A DNA stretch of 64,000 nt from Bacteroidales bacterium. Its GTDB lineage: Bacteria > Bacteroidota > Bacteroidia > Bacteroidales > JAFGXI01. The stretch is from positions 86,648-150,647 of the forward strand of contig JAFGXI010000009.1 in assembly GCA_016936665.1 (NCBI GenBank), in the 5' to 3' direction. Both the position numbers and the translations under genes were made by a program. Below are positions 8,792 to 18,500 of this stretch, piece by piece. A model generated the notes under the pieces. That model saw only the letters and a list, made by a program, of their open reading frames with translations. It did not search any database and was not told the DNA's origin. Position 1 is the stretch's first letter, and the number at the start of each line of letters is the position of its first letter.

Positions 8792-9976
8792 ATGGATACA
8801 AAAAAATTAGGCTTCGACACCAAATTGGTTCATGCCGGCGATTTCGCAGATGCACACGGTAGTGCAGTAACTCCAATTTATCAAACATCGACTTTTGCTT
8901 TCAAAAATGCCGACCATGGTGCGGATCTATTTGCAGGTAAAGAAAAAGGTTTTATATACACTCGTATTGGTAACCCCACCATTGACGCTCTAGAAAACAA
9001 ATTGGCAGAATTAGAAAATGGTTATAGAGGTATTGCCGTTGCTTCTGGAATGGCTGCTGTCACTACTGTATACACTGCTATACTTAAATCAGGTGACCAT
9101 ATGGTAAGCACAGGTGCTGTATATGGCCCTAGTCGCGCAGTAATGGAAAGTATTTTTTCCGATTATAATGTCGAATCGACTTATACCGATACTTCGGTTA
9201 TTGAGAACATCGAAAAAGCAATCCGTCCAAATACAAAATTGTTATATTTAGAAACACCGGCTAATCCAACAATTCAACTAACGGACATAAGAAAAGCATG
9301 TGAATTGGCTCATAAACACAATATTTTAGTCTGTGTTGATAATACTTTTTCAAGTCCTGTACTTCAAAAGCCATTAGACCTTGGTGCCGACATTGTTTTA
9401 CATTCTCTAACTAAATTTATAAATGGTCATGCAGATATTGTTGGAGGAGCAGTAATCGCCAAAGACGTTGACGTGTACAATAAATTGCGCAAATCTATGA
9501 TTTACATGGGTGGCAACATGGATCCACATCAAGCTTACTTGGTTATTCGTGGTGTTAAAACACTTTCGTTACGTGTAGAAAGAGCCCAAGAAAACGCGCA
9601 AAAAGTCGCTGAGTTTTTAGAAAACCACCCAAAAGTTGAATGGATAAAATATCCGGGTTTAAAATCGTTTGCTCAACACGAACTCGCTAAAGAGCAAATG
9701 ACTGGCTTTGGTAGTATGATAAGTTTTGGTGTTAAAGGCGGTTTAAAAGGTGGTAGAATTGTTATGGACAACGTCCATTTGGCAATGTTAGCCGTTTCTT
9801 TGGGTGGTGTAGAAACATTGATTCAACACCCTGCATCTATGACTCATGCAGGTTTATCAAAAGAAGATCGTTTAGCCGCTGATATTACCGACGAACTTGT
9901 TCGTTTCTCTGTTGGAATTGAAAATGTAGAAGATATTATTGCCGATTTAGATCAGGCTTTAAACAAAATATCTTAA
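8792..9976 (+). CDS. Methionine gamma-lyase / Cys-Met metabolism PLP-dependent enzyme
   Basis: 394 aa. PLP-lysine context HSLTKFINGHADIVGG, with family-wide similarity (TPIYQTSTF, YTRIGNPT). Confidence 0.8.
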   Translation: MDTKKLGFDTKLVHAGDFADAHGSAVTPIYQTSTFAFKNADHGADLFAGKEKGFIYTRIGNPTIDALENKLAELENGYRGIAVASGMAAVTTVYTAILKSGDHMVSTGAVYGPSRAVMESIFSDYNVESTYTDTSVIENIEKAIRPNTKLLYLETPANPTIQLTDIRKACELAHKHNILVCVDNTFSSPVLQKPLDLGADIVLHSLTKFINGHADIVGGAVIAKDVDVYNKLRKSMIYMGGNMDPHQAYLVIRGVKTLSLRVERAQENAQKVAEFLENHPKVEWIKYPGLKSFAQHELAKEQMTGFGSMISFGVKGGLKGGRIVMDNVHLAMLAVSLGGVETLIQHPASMTHAGLSKEDRLAADITDELVRFSVGIENVEDIIADLDQALNKIS

Positions 9977-10031
9977 GTATAAAAAATTAGTTTAATTTCT
10001 CGATTAAATCCTGAGTTAAACCATTTATTAT

Positions 10032-10070
10032 AAAAGCATTCGCTAAAACTGGCGAATGCTTTTATTTATT
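10032..10070 (+). terminator. Rho-independent terminator after methionine gamma-lyase
   Basis: AAAAGCATTCGC-loop-GCGAATGCTTTT perfect 12-bp stem followed by a T-rich tail. Confidence 0.75.
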
Positions 10071-10153
10071 TATAATTACCAAATCAGCCTGATTAATTTC
10101 TATAATCAGATTCAAATAAAAATTATATTTTAGCTCAAATTATTTTAAAAACA

Positions 10154-11935
10154 ATGGGACAAACATTCGTAGAAAAAGTTTTAGGAGCCAAAACAGGCAC
10201 TATCGTTTTCAAAAAGCCTGATATCGTACTAACACACGATAATACAGCAAGTATAAAAAACACTTTCGAAAAAATGGGAGGCGTAAGAGTCGCTGACCCT
10301 AATCAATTATTAATTGTTTTAGATCATAATGCCCCTCCAACTTCAGCTAAGTTAGCAACACAATATCAAACTGTAAGAGATATTGTAAAAGAACAGGGCG
10401 TCGAAAAATTTTATGATGCAGGTAGAGGAATTTGTCATCAGATAATGTCTTACCATGCCGAACCTGGGATGATCATTGTCGGTAGCGATAGCCACACATG
10501 TACTGCGGGAGCCTTTAATGCTTTGGCCGCTGGAATTGACAGAACAGAAGCTGCCGGAATATGGAAACGTGGCGAAACGTGGTTTAGAGTGCCCGAAACT
10601 ATGAAAGTCACTCTAAAAGGCCAACTCAAACCTAATGTGTATGCTAAAGATATTTCTTTATGGATTATTGGGATGATTGGTTCTGATGGGGCAAATTATA
10701 TGTCGATCGAATACCACGGCGATGGCGTTAAAAGTCTATCTATAGCAGACCGTATGACTTTAGCAAATTTAGCTTCAGAAATGGGCGCTAAAAACGCTGT
10801 ATTTCCTCCAGATGAGGTATTATCTGCCTTTTACGGCGGACAACTACCTTTCCAACCCGTTTGGGCCGATGAAGATGCTGAATATATTAAATCCATAGAG
10901 ATTAACTTAGACGAGTTATTCCCATTGGTTGCAGCTCCTCATCATGTCGATAATGTAAAGGCTCTCTCCGAAGTTCAAGGTACCGAACTGCATGAAGGTT
11001 TAATTGGAACGTGTACCAACGGAAGATTGGAGGATTTAAGAATCGCTGCCGAAGTTTTAAAAGGTAAAAAAGTAAAAGACGGTTTTCAATTGTTAGTAAC
11101 ACCTGCCTCCAGAGAAATTTATCAGCAAGCAATAAAAGAAGGTTTAGTTGAAATTTTTATAGAAGCCGGAGCAAACATTCTATCACCTTCCTGTGGGCCA
11201 TGCTTAGGTACAGGACAAGGCATCCCTGCCGATGGCTACAATGTCATCTCTACAGCTAATCGTAATTTTAAAGGTCGGATGGGAAATCCAAACTCTAGCG
11301 TTTATTTGGCATCTCCAGCCGCAGTTGCAGCTTCAGCCATAACCGGTGTTATAACTGATCCGAGAGGCATTATAGCAAACGATGTTTATCCTTATCAGAA
11401 ACCACAAACCAACACATTAGAAATTGTAGAGAATGACAACCGTAAATCGAATGGTGTTTGGAATTACAAAGATGCCGACAATCTAAATACCGATCAAATG
11501 TTTGCCGGAAATTTAACATATCAAGTACTCAGCTCGGATGCTGAAGCAATTATGCCTCATTTATTTGCCGGCTTTGATCCAAATTTTTCAAAGAATTTAT
11601 TGTCGGGCGATGTTGTTATTGCCGGCGACAACTTTGGATGTGGAAGTTCTAGAGAGCACCCGGCTGTTGGTTTGGCTCATGCCGGTGTTAAAGCCGTAAT
11701 TGTGAAATCTACCAATAGGATTTTCTACCGTTCGTGCATCAATCAAGGTTTAGCTCTAATTGTAAACCCAAAAATAGTTGACGCTTATAATATTGGAGAC
11801 AAGGTAGATATCAAATTTGAAGCTGGTGAAATTATTATCAATAATAAAGTTTATAAATTCGCACCACTTCCCGATAAATTAATGCAAATCATCAATAAAA
11901 AAGGTTTAGTGAATTGGATTAAATCCGAAGCTTAA
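10154..11935 (+). CDS. Aconitase-family hydro-lyase with fused LeuC-like large and LeuD-like small domains
   Basis: 593 aa. Fe-S ligand contexts GSDSHTCTAG, GTCTNGRLEDL and SPSCGPCLGTG lie in the N-terminal ~415 aa. A swivel-domain motif GDNFGCGSSREHPA lies in the C-terminal ~160 aa. Confidence 0.8.
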   Translation: MGQTFVEKVLGAKTGTIVFKKPDIVLTHDNTASIKNTFEKMGGVRVADPNQLLIVLDHNAPPTSAKLATQYQTVRDIVKEQGVEKFYDAGRGICHQIMSYHAEPGMIIVGSDSHTCTAGAFNALAAGIDRTEAAGIWKRGETWFRVPETMKVTLKGQLKPNVYAKDISLWIIGMIGSDGANYMSIEYHGDGVKSLSIADRMTLANLASEMGAKNAVFPPDEVLSAFYGGQLPFQPVWADEDAEYIKSIEINLDELFPLVAAPHHVDNVKALSEVQGTELHEGLIGTCTNGRLEDLRIAAEVLKGKKVKDGFQLLVTPASREIYQQAIKEGLVEIFIEAGANILSPSCGPCLGTGQGIPADGYNVISTANRNFKGRMGNPNSSVYLASPAAVAASAITGVITDPRGIIANDVYPYQKPQTNTLEIVENDNRKSNGVWNYKDADNLNTDQMFAGNLTYQVLSSDAEAIMPHLFAGFDPNFSKNLLSGDVVIAGDNFGCGSSREHPAVGLAHAGVKAVIVKSTNRIFYRSCINQGLALIVNPKIVDAYNIGDKVDIKFEAGEIIINNKVYKFAPLPDKLMQIINKKGLVNWIKSEA

Positions 11936-11963
11936 AAAAATATCACATAAAGTTTTCATAATT

Positions 11964-12000
11964 AAATAGGCTGTACACGATAGTATGGCCTATTTTAATT
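11964..12000 (+). terminator. Terminator hairpin after the aconitase-family gene, overlapping the 3' end of mazG
   Basis: AAATAGGCTGTAC ... GTATGGCCTATTT stem with G-U pairs, followed by TTTTAATTTT. Confidence 0.45.
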
Positions 12001-12316
12001 TTGGATTGTTTATATGTCGTTCCTTATCTCTATTGGTTTTCTTTTCGATGTTTTTATTCAATGCATCTTCTAGGTCAACACCGGTCTGATTTGCTAAACA
12101 GATTAGCACCCATAAAACGTCAGCCATTTCGTCTGAAAGACTTAGCGATTGTTCTGTTGATTTAAAAGATTGATCGCCATATTTCCTAGCCATAATACGA
12201 GCTAATTCTCCAACTTCCTCAGTTAAAATAGCCATGTTTGTTAACTCGCTAAAATAGCGAACTCCATATTGTTTAATCCATTGGTCGACTTGCTCTTGTG
12301 CTTGTTTTATAGTCAT
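11990..12316 (-). CDS. mazG: MazG-like nucleotide pyrophosphohydrolase
   Basis: 108 aa with EEVGELARIM and DEMADVLWVLICLAN metal-binding EExxE/D-type helices. Confidence 0.8.
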   Translation of the reverse strand: MTIKQAQEQVDQWIKQYGVRYFSELTNMAILTEEVGELARIMARKYGDQSFKSTEQSLSLSDEMADVLWVLICLANQTGVDLEDALNKNIEKKTNRDKERHINNPKLK

Positions 12317-15300
12317 CGTTTTATTACTAATTTTTGATTACGAGTTCCGACCGTAACTATGTAGATTCCCTCATCTAAATCGCTTACATCAACCTTTTGG
12401 TTTTGATGATTGTCTATATATTCTTGCTGTATTAATTTGCCAAGCATATTGTAAATTTTAATGTTCTCGACACTTTTATCGATATATGATAACTCTATCG
12501 ACTGATTGGCAGGATTTGGAATTATCGAAAACTGATTTGATTCTTTCGAGTCTACATGGTCTACCAAAGAACAGCTAATTTGAGCTTCCCAGCCCAAGCC
12601 TTCAACATAATCGTCGGAATGAAATTTAAAGGTTAAAGCTCCATCTAAATTATTAATCCCACTTACATAGCCTGGCGATTCTGAGCCACAGAATTTTCCT
12701 ATTAAAGGTGCAGCAGTTGAAGCGCCATCGTAAATACTCAAATAGTCATAATTACAATCGCTTTCATATTCTAAATCAAAATAAAGAAACGATAACTCAA
12801 TGAACGAATTCTCATTTTCGGGGTAGATGGTTATCGTATAATCTGAGCCTGAAGGATAATTCTCGGTGTACCCAGGGTCGAAGAACGTGCCTGAACATAA
12901 ATATAAATCATCATCATCATCCATTACATAACGGCACTCGTTATTAATTTCTAAATAATTTTCTTCGGTAACCGAACCCGAACCAGACCCATTGGTTGCT
13001 GTAAGTGAAATGCTATATAAACCTGCATTTTGAAATACGATTATTGGATTTTGCGATTCGGCATTTGTTCCCAAAACGTATGTAAAATTCGATGGACTGA
13101 TAGACCATAACCATTGCGTTGGATTTTTTGTTGAATGATCAATCAAATAAATAGTATCCGTTAAACATGCTACGGTTTGGCTAGCTTCGAAAACAGCCAC
13201 TGGTTGAGGATCGGCAAACGCATCTGTTGTGAATAACCCTCTTCCATAAGTTGCTACAGCCACCATTTTATCGGAAGTTCTATATTTTATTTGATCGCAA
13301 CGAACATTTGCTAATCCAGTATTTACAGGCTCCCATATTGTCTGTGTAGTTATGTCGTCGATAGACCAAACGCCTGTTTCGGTAGCTAACATAATTTGAT
13401 TAGTGTTTTCCGGATTATATAATCCCCATCGAATTGGCATATCAGGTAAATTATGCTCAATATTACTCCATGTGGTTCCTCCATTTCTTGTTTCCCAAAC
13501 AGAGCTAATTCCATAATTCGAATAAGTAACTAAAATTTGGTTTTCCGAAGATCCTAATTCAACAGACGAAATATAAGCCGAAGGTAATTGTTGATTTGGA
13601 TCTAGATTTGTTGAGCTAGGAGCATCCTGAGCGTTAATAATCTTAAAAACATCGCCATAACTGGTTCCTACAAAAATAACATCTGTTTGGAATGGCGAAA
13701 CTTTCACGGCAGAAATTCTACCGGAATTTAAACCGCCAGAAATTGGCAAGTATTCGCCATCGGCACCATCAACCAGAATTCTTGAGACATATATTGAATC
13801 CTTTCTTGTAGAAGCATATAACACCTTTTCTTCGCTATCGTAATCTGCCGGGTTAATAAAGTAACCATCTGATGTTGAGGGGTAATAACTAAAGCTGTTT
13901 CCTCCATTGGTGGATAATCTCCAATTGTTGTACACATAGGAAGTTATTTGATATTGCGAATTTGCTTGATCGATAAAACAAAAGCCGCCATCGCCACCTG
14001 TAACTCTAACTGTGTTACCTAATCCACTTGTATTAAAGCGGTGAGTGCCGTTATCTTGGGCTCCTGCCAACATATAGTTAGAGCCACTCTCATTTTCTAT
14101 TGCAGTTCCATAAAACTGAGTAACATTATAACCATTGTTAAGGTGGTTTGTTGTCCAATCATAAGTATCGGCATCTTCTATTAAAAAAACACCCCCATCG
14201 CAACCAACAAGCATTTTTGAGGCGTCGTTCGGTACAAAAGCAAAAATATGCTGATCTGCATGAACATATGGCAAGCATCCTCCAGTCCAGTAACTTACAG
14301 CTTCCCACGAATTTCCACCATCCATAGACATATGCCAGTCTATTCCTCCTGCGTATAAAACATCTTCATCTTGCGGGTGGACCGCTAAGATTAAATCGTA
14401 CCACGCTTGACCTCGTGTATAGTCGTAATATGTTGAAGGGGAACAAGATTGCTCTAAATACATTGGGATATTTAATTCTTGCCAGCTTGTTCCTGCATTA
14501 TCACTTGAAGCCATCCAAGAAACTGCGGTTCCTACAGAAGCTACTGCATAAATTTTTAAAGGATTACTTGGAGCAACGGCCAATTCTATTCTTTCTTGAA
14601 CAGAAAACTGAGGAGTAATATCGGTCCAAGTGTTACCATTGTTTATCGACTTATAAATAAATCCCTCCGTGCCATTTTTCCCCAAACTTGCATAAAGATA
14701 ACCATTGCCGGCTTTTTCTATATCTCCAAAATAGCCTTCCATTAAAGTTGTCCAATTTGTACCATGATTGTCGGAAACCATAAGCCCATAACTTGTTGCA
14801 GCTAAAACTCTACCTGTTTCTGTTACAATAATTTTTTGCACATTATAAAACATATCGTTGTTCGTACTCGAAATCTGAGACCAAGTCTGCCCAGAATTTG
14901 TGCTAATCCAAATCCCTAGACCTCTAACCGATTTGCTGGTCCATCCTTCCCCTGTTCCTGCGTAAAATACGGTAGTATTGGAGGGGTCGCTCGCCAATGT
15001 AGAAACAGCAATATTGTCCCAAAAATCGTTGACATTTTGCCATTGTCCATTGTTTAACGCATCGGTATTATACCATAATCCGCCGGTAATTCCAGCTGCC
15101 CATACTTTGTGATTATTCGTATAATTAGGATCGAACATAATCGCTCTAGTACGCCCTCCTACGTTATTAGGCCCTCTCTCTGTCCAAATCACATCGTCGA
15201 TGGCGCTTTTTTGCATGCTCAAAGATTTAGTATAATCCATAGCGAAGCGCAAGCGATCTTTAGGGACTTGTTGCGTATGGGGGTCTTTTGTTTTTTCAAT

Positions 15301-15450
15301 TTCGAATTGAATAGCTTCTTCCGGTTTGTCGAATGGCACTTGTTGCCAATAGATTTGTTGTTCGTTACGAGCTTTCAAATGGTTTTTTGTCCATTGAGAA
15401 AATGATGATATACTAATCATCATAATAGATGCTAAAAATAAATGCCTCAT
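12313..15450 (-). CDS. T9SS-secreted BNR/sortilin-like repeat protein with PKD-like and CUB domains
   Basis: At least 7 SxDxGxTW-type BNR motifs (STNSGQTWSQ, SDNHGTNWTT, SINNGNTWTD, SDNAGTSWQE, SMDGGNSWEA, TRNGGTTWSN and others). A CUB-like domain spans aa 859-967 (12571..12897; ...CNYDYLSIYDG...GKFCG...). The C-terminal ~85 aa form a type-A T9SS sorting domain (IKIYNMLGKLI...GIYIVTV). I moved the start to the ATG at 15450 (MRHLFLASIMM...); the track start at 15471 is a TTG. Confidence 0.8.
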   Translation of the reverse strand: MRHLFLASIMMISISSFSQWTKNHLKARNEQQIYWQQVPFDKPEEAIQFEIEKTKDPHTQQVPKDRLRFAMDYTKSLSMQKSAIDDVIWTERGPNNVGGRTRAIMFDPNYTNNHKVWAAGITGGLWYNTDALNNGQWQNVNDFWDNIAVSTLASDPSNTTVFYAGTGEGWTSKSVRGLGIWISTNSGQTWSQISSTNNDMFYNVQKIIVTETGRVLAATSYGLMVSDNHGTNWTTLMEGYFGDIEKAGNGYLYASLGKNGTEGFIYKSINNGNTWTDITPQFSVQERIELAVAPSNPLKIYAVASVGTAVSWMASSDNAGTSWQELNIPMYLEQSCSPSTYYDYTRGQAWYDLILAVHPQDEDVLYAGGIDWHMSMDGGNSWEAVSYWTGGCLPYVHADQHIFAFVPNDASKMLVGCDGGVFLIEDADTYDWTTNHLNNGYNVTQFYGTAIENESGSNYMLAGAQDNGTHRFNTSGLGNTVRVTGGDGGFCFIDQANSQYQITSYVYNNWRLSTNGGNSFSYYPSTSDGYFINPADYDSEEKVLYASTRKDSIYVSRILVDGADGEYLPISGGLNSGRISAVKVSPFQTDVIFVGTSYGDVFKIINAQDAPSSTNLDPNQQLPSAYISSVELGSSENQILVTYSNYGISSVWETRNGGTTWSNIEHNLPDMPIRWGLYNPENTNQIMLATETGVWSIDDITTQTIWEPVNTGLANVRCDQIKYRTSDKMVAVATYGRGLFTTDAFADPQPVAVFEASQTVACLTDTIYLIDHSTKNPTQWLWSISPSNFTYVLGTNAESQNPIIVFQNAGLYSISLTATNGSGSGSVTEENYLEINNECRYVMDDDDDLYLCSGTFFDPGYTENYPSGSDYTITIYPENENSFIELSFLYFDLEYESDCNYDYLSIYDGASTAAPLIGKFCGSESPGYVSGINNLDGALTFKFHSDDYVEGLGWEAQISCSLVDHVDSKESNQFSIIPNPANQSIELSYIDKSVENIKIYNMLGKLIQQEYIDNHQNQKVDVSDLDEGIYIVTVGTRNQKLVIKR

Positions 15451-15526
15451 TAATCTGTGTTCTTTTTGCAAAAATAAAGATAGTACGCCTAATAGACTAA
15501 ATTCTATAAAAATAGTTGCATAAAAA

Positions 15527-15546
15527 AGGCTACCATATGGCAGCCT
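15527..15546 (-). terminator. Terminator hairpin after the GT3-GT35 gene
   Basis: GGCTGCCA-ta-TGGTAGCC hairpin. On the minus strand it is followed by UUUUUUAUG. Confidence 0.55.
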
Positions 15547-15570
15547 CTCTAAATTTTCTGACGATTTTAA

Positions 15571-18500
15571 TTAAAGCCATTTTAAAACGCCAGAGTCTTG
15601 TTGATATTCTAAACTATCGCAAACAGGGAACATTCTAATGCCATAATTAATTCTACCTACTTCGTTTGGTTTAATTTTAGCTCTGAAGGTAATCTTACTT
15701 TCATCTTTTTTGTAAACATTAAAGTTGACAATTTCTACATTGTCGTTGTCTTCTATAAAAGGATAAGTAATAACCACCTGCAAACCAATTTCTTCCGGCT
15801 TAACATCGTTAAGATCTAATACCACTTCGATATGGGTATCGACACCTGCTTTTAAAATCTTTTGATCGTTTGTTGTTGAGCAAATTTTAAGGACTTTAAT
15901 CTGTTCGAATCTTTCTGCAATTGTATTCTTCCATTCTACAAGCATTTTTAGGGCTTCGAACTGATTATCTTTTAATGCTGTAGATCGTTTATAAAGCTTA
16001 TTATAAAATCTTTCATAGTAATCGTTCATCATTCTTTTCGTTGTAAACTGAGAAGCAACTTTAGAAATAGAGTTTTTAATAAAAGAAACCCATTCTACTG
16101 GGACATCCTCTTTATTGCGTTTGTAGTATTTTGGAATGATTTCGTTTTCTAGCAAATAGTATATAGTAGAAGAATCGAGTTGGTTTTGCATTCCTTGATC
16201 TTGAAACGATTTTTCTTCGCTTAACGCCCAACCTGCTTTTTCCTGATATCCTTCCATCCACCAACCATCAAGAACAGAGAAATGAAGACCTCCATTCATC
16301 ACTGCTTTCATACCGCTGGTTCCAGAAGCTTCCAATGGTCTTGTAGGGGTGTTTAACCAAATATCTACGCCTTGGACTAACTTTCTGGCCAACTCCATGT
16401 CGTAATTTTCGACAAATAGTATTTTCCCTACAAATTCAGGCTGCTTCGAAATTAACACAATTTGTTTAATCAAATCTTGACCCGGCTTGTCGTTGGGATG
16501 AGCTTTGCCGGCAAATACAAACTGAACAGGCTGTTTAGGATTGTTTACGATCTTACTTAACCTTTCTATATCTGAAAATAACAAAGCAGCTCGTTTATAG
16601 GTTGCAAATCGTCGTGCAAAACCAATTGTCAACACATTACTGTCTAATTTATTAATAATGTCGACCATTGTTTTAGGATTATCGTAACGCTGTATCCAGT
16701 TTTCGCGCACTCTTTCTTTCAGATATTCGATTAATTTTATGCGGTGTTTATTTCGTGTATCCCATATTTTAGCGTCATCAATATCGTAAATTTTATCCCA
16801 CAATTCTTGATGATCTTGATGGTCGATTAATTGATTGTTTGACACTTTTGCATATAAACTCTTCCAATATTTCGAAGTCCAAGTTGGGAAATGGACTCCA
16901 TTGGTGACGTAGCCAACAGGAAGTTCTTGTTTAAAATAGCCTTTCCAAAGGTTATTAAACATCTCTTTTGTAACTTCGCCATGTAACCAACTAACTCCGT
17001 TTACCTCTTGCGATAAGTGCGTTGCAAGGTTGCTCATAGAAAATTTAAAATCTGTTTTTTCGGCTTTTCCTAAAGCAAAAAACTCATCCCAAGAAATGCC
17101 ATAACTTTCGTGATAGTATGACAAATATCTTCGCATTAGATTTTCTTCGAACACATCGTGACCAGCCGGAACAGGTGTGTGAGTTGTAAATAAACTAGTG
17201 GAACGTACAAGTTCAACGGCTTGTTGATAAGTGAAATAGGATTCGTACATCAGTTTATTAATACGCTCAAGACCAATAAATGCCGCATGACCTTCATTTA
17301 GATGATATAAATCGGCGTCTATTTTAATAGCTCGAAGAGCTGTAATTCCACCTATACCTAGTACTATTTCTTGTTTTAACCTATTTTCGTTATTGCCGCC
17401 ATATAAGTAGTGTGTAATTTCTCTATCTTCAGCAAGATTATCTTCGAAATCGGTGTCGAGTAAATATAATATGATTCTTCCTACATGGGTTTTCCAAAGT
17501 TTAATTTTTAGTTCTCGTCCGGGAAGATTTACACTAATAATTACTTGGTCGCCTTCTTCGTTTTTAACCTTGCTAATTGGCATTTCGGATAATAACTGTG
17601 CTTCGTATTTAGACAATTGCTCTCCGTTGTTAGTGATGGCTTGTTTGAAATATCCGTATTTATAAAGTAAGCCAACGCCCACCATGTTCACGTTACTATC
17701 GCTCGCCTCTTTCAAATAGTCACCGGCAAGAATCCCAAGACCTCCAGAAAAAATTTTTAAAGCATCATGGAAACCAAATTCCATACTAAAATATGCTATT
17801 TGAGGTCCTTTTGCATTTTTCTTTTCGTCGAGATATGCGTTGAAGGTGTTGACTAATTGATGGTATTTTTCTACAAATACTTTGTCTTTTGCTAACTTTT
17901 CGAAGGTTGAATAAGGTAAACTGTTGAGAAACTTCTTAGGGTTATAATTAACTTCGATCCATAAATTTTTATCGATATCCTTAAAAATATCTGTATGATG
18001 AAAATTCCAAGACCACCATAAATTATCAGCCATTTCGAATAAACCGGAGAAGTCTTCGTAAACATTACTTTCGACTTCAAAAGAACGCCAATTTGGCTCC
18101 AAATTCATTTCGATATTCTCCTCTACTTTGACTTCTGCGAGTTCATAAATATCGTCCGGATTAAACCTTTTAGATTGATGGTCTAGTGCAATATCGTACG
18201 CTTTTAAGTAGTAATCTATTAAATTAGTCCATAATGCCGTTTGCGAAACTTTTTCTGCATTAATACGATTTTCTTTTACGTCGGCTTGGCCTAATTGACT
18301 ATAGTTAAGAACATATTTAGAAATTGCGTTAACAATATCGTTGTCATTGTCGTCGGTGCGGTTAATCACTTTAACGGCATTAGTTTCTGAGTAATGACTT
18401 TGCTGTACCCATTTTCCAAATCCTGCAAGTGAGGTTGTTACTGTAGGAACGTTGAATGCTAAACTTTCTAATGGAGTGTAGCCCCATGGTTCGTAATACG

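Noticed and set aside
10083-10111. ATCAG/CTGAT half-sites (ATCAGCCTGATTAATTTCTATAATCAG) upstream of the aconitase-family gene
   Set aside because: These are short 5-7-bp repeats in an AT-rich promoter region, which is insufficient evidence for a specific operator.
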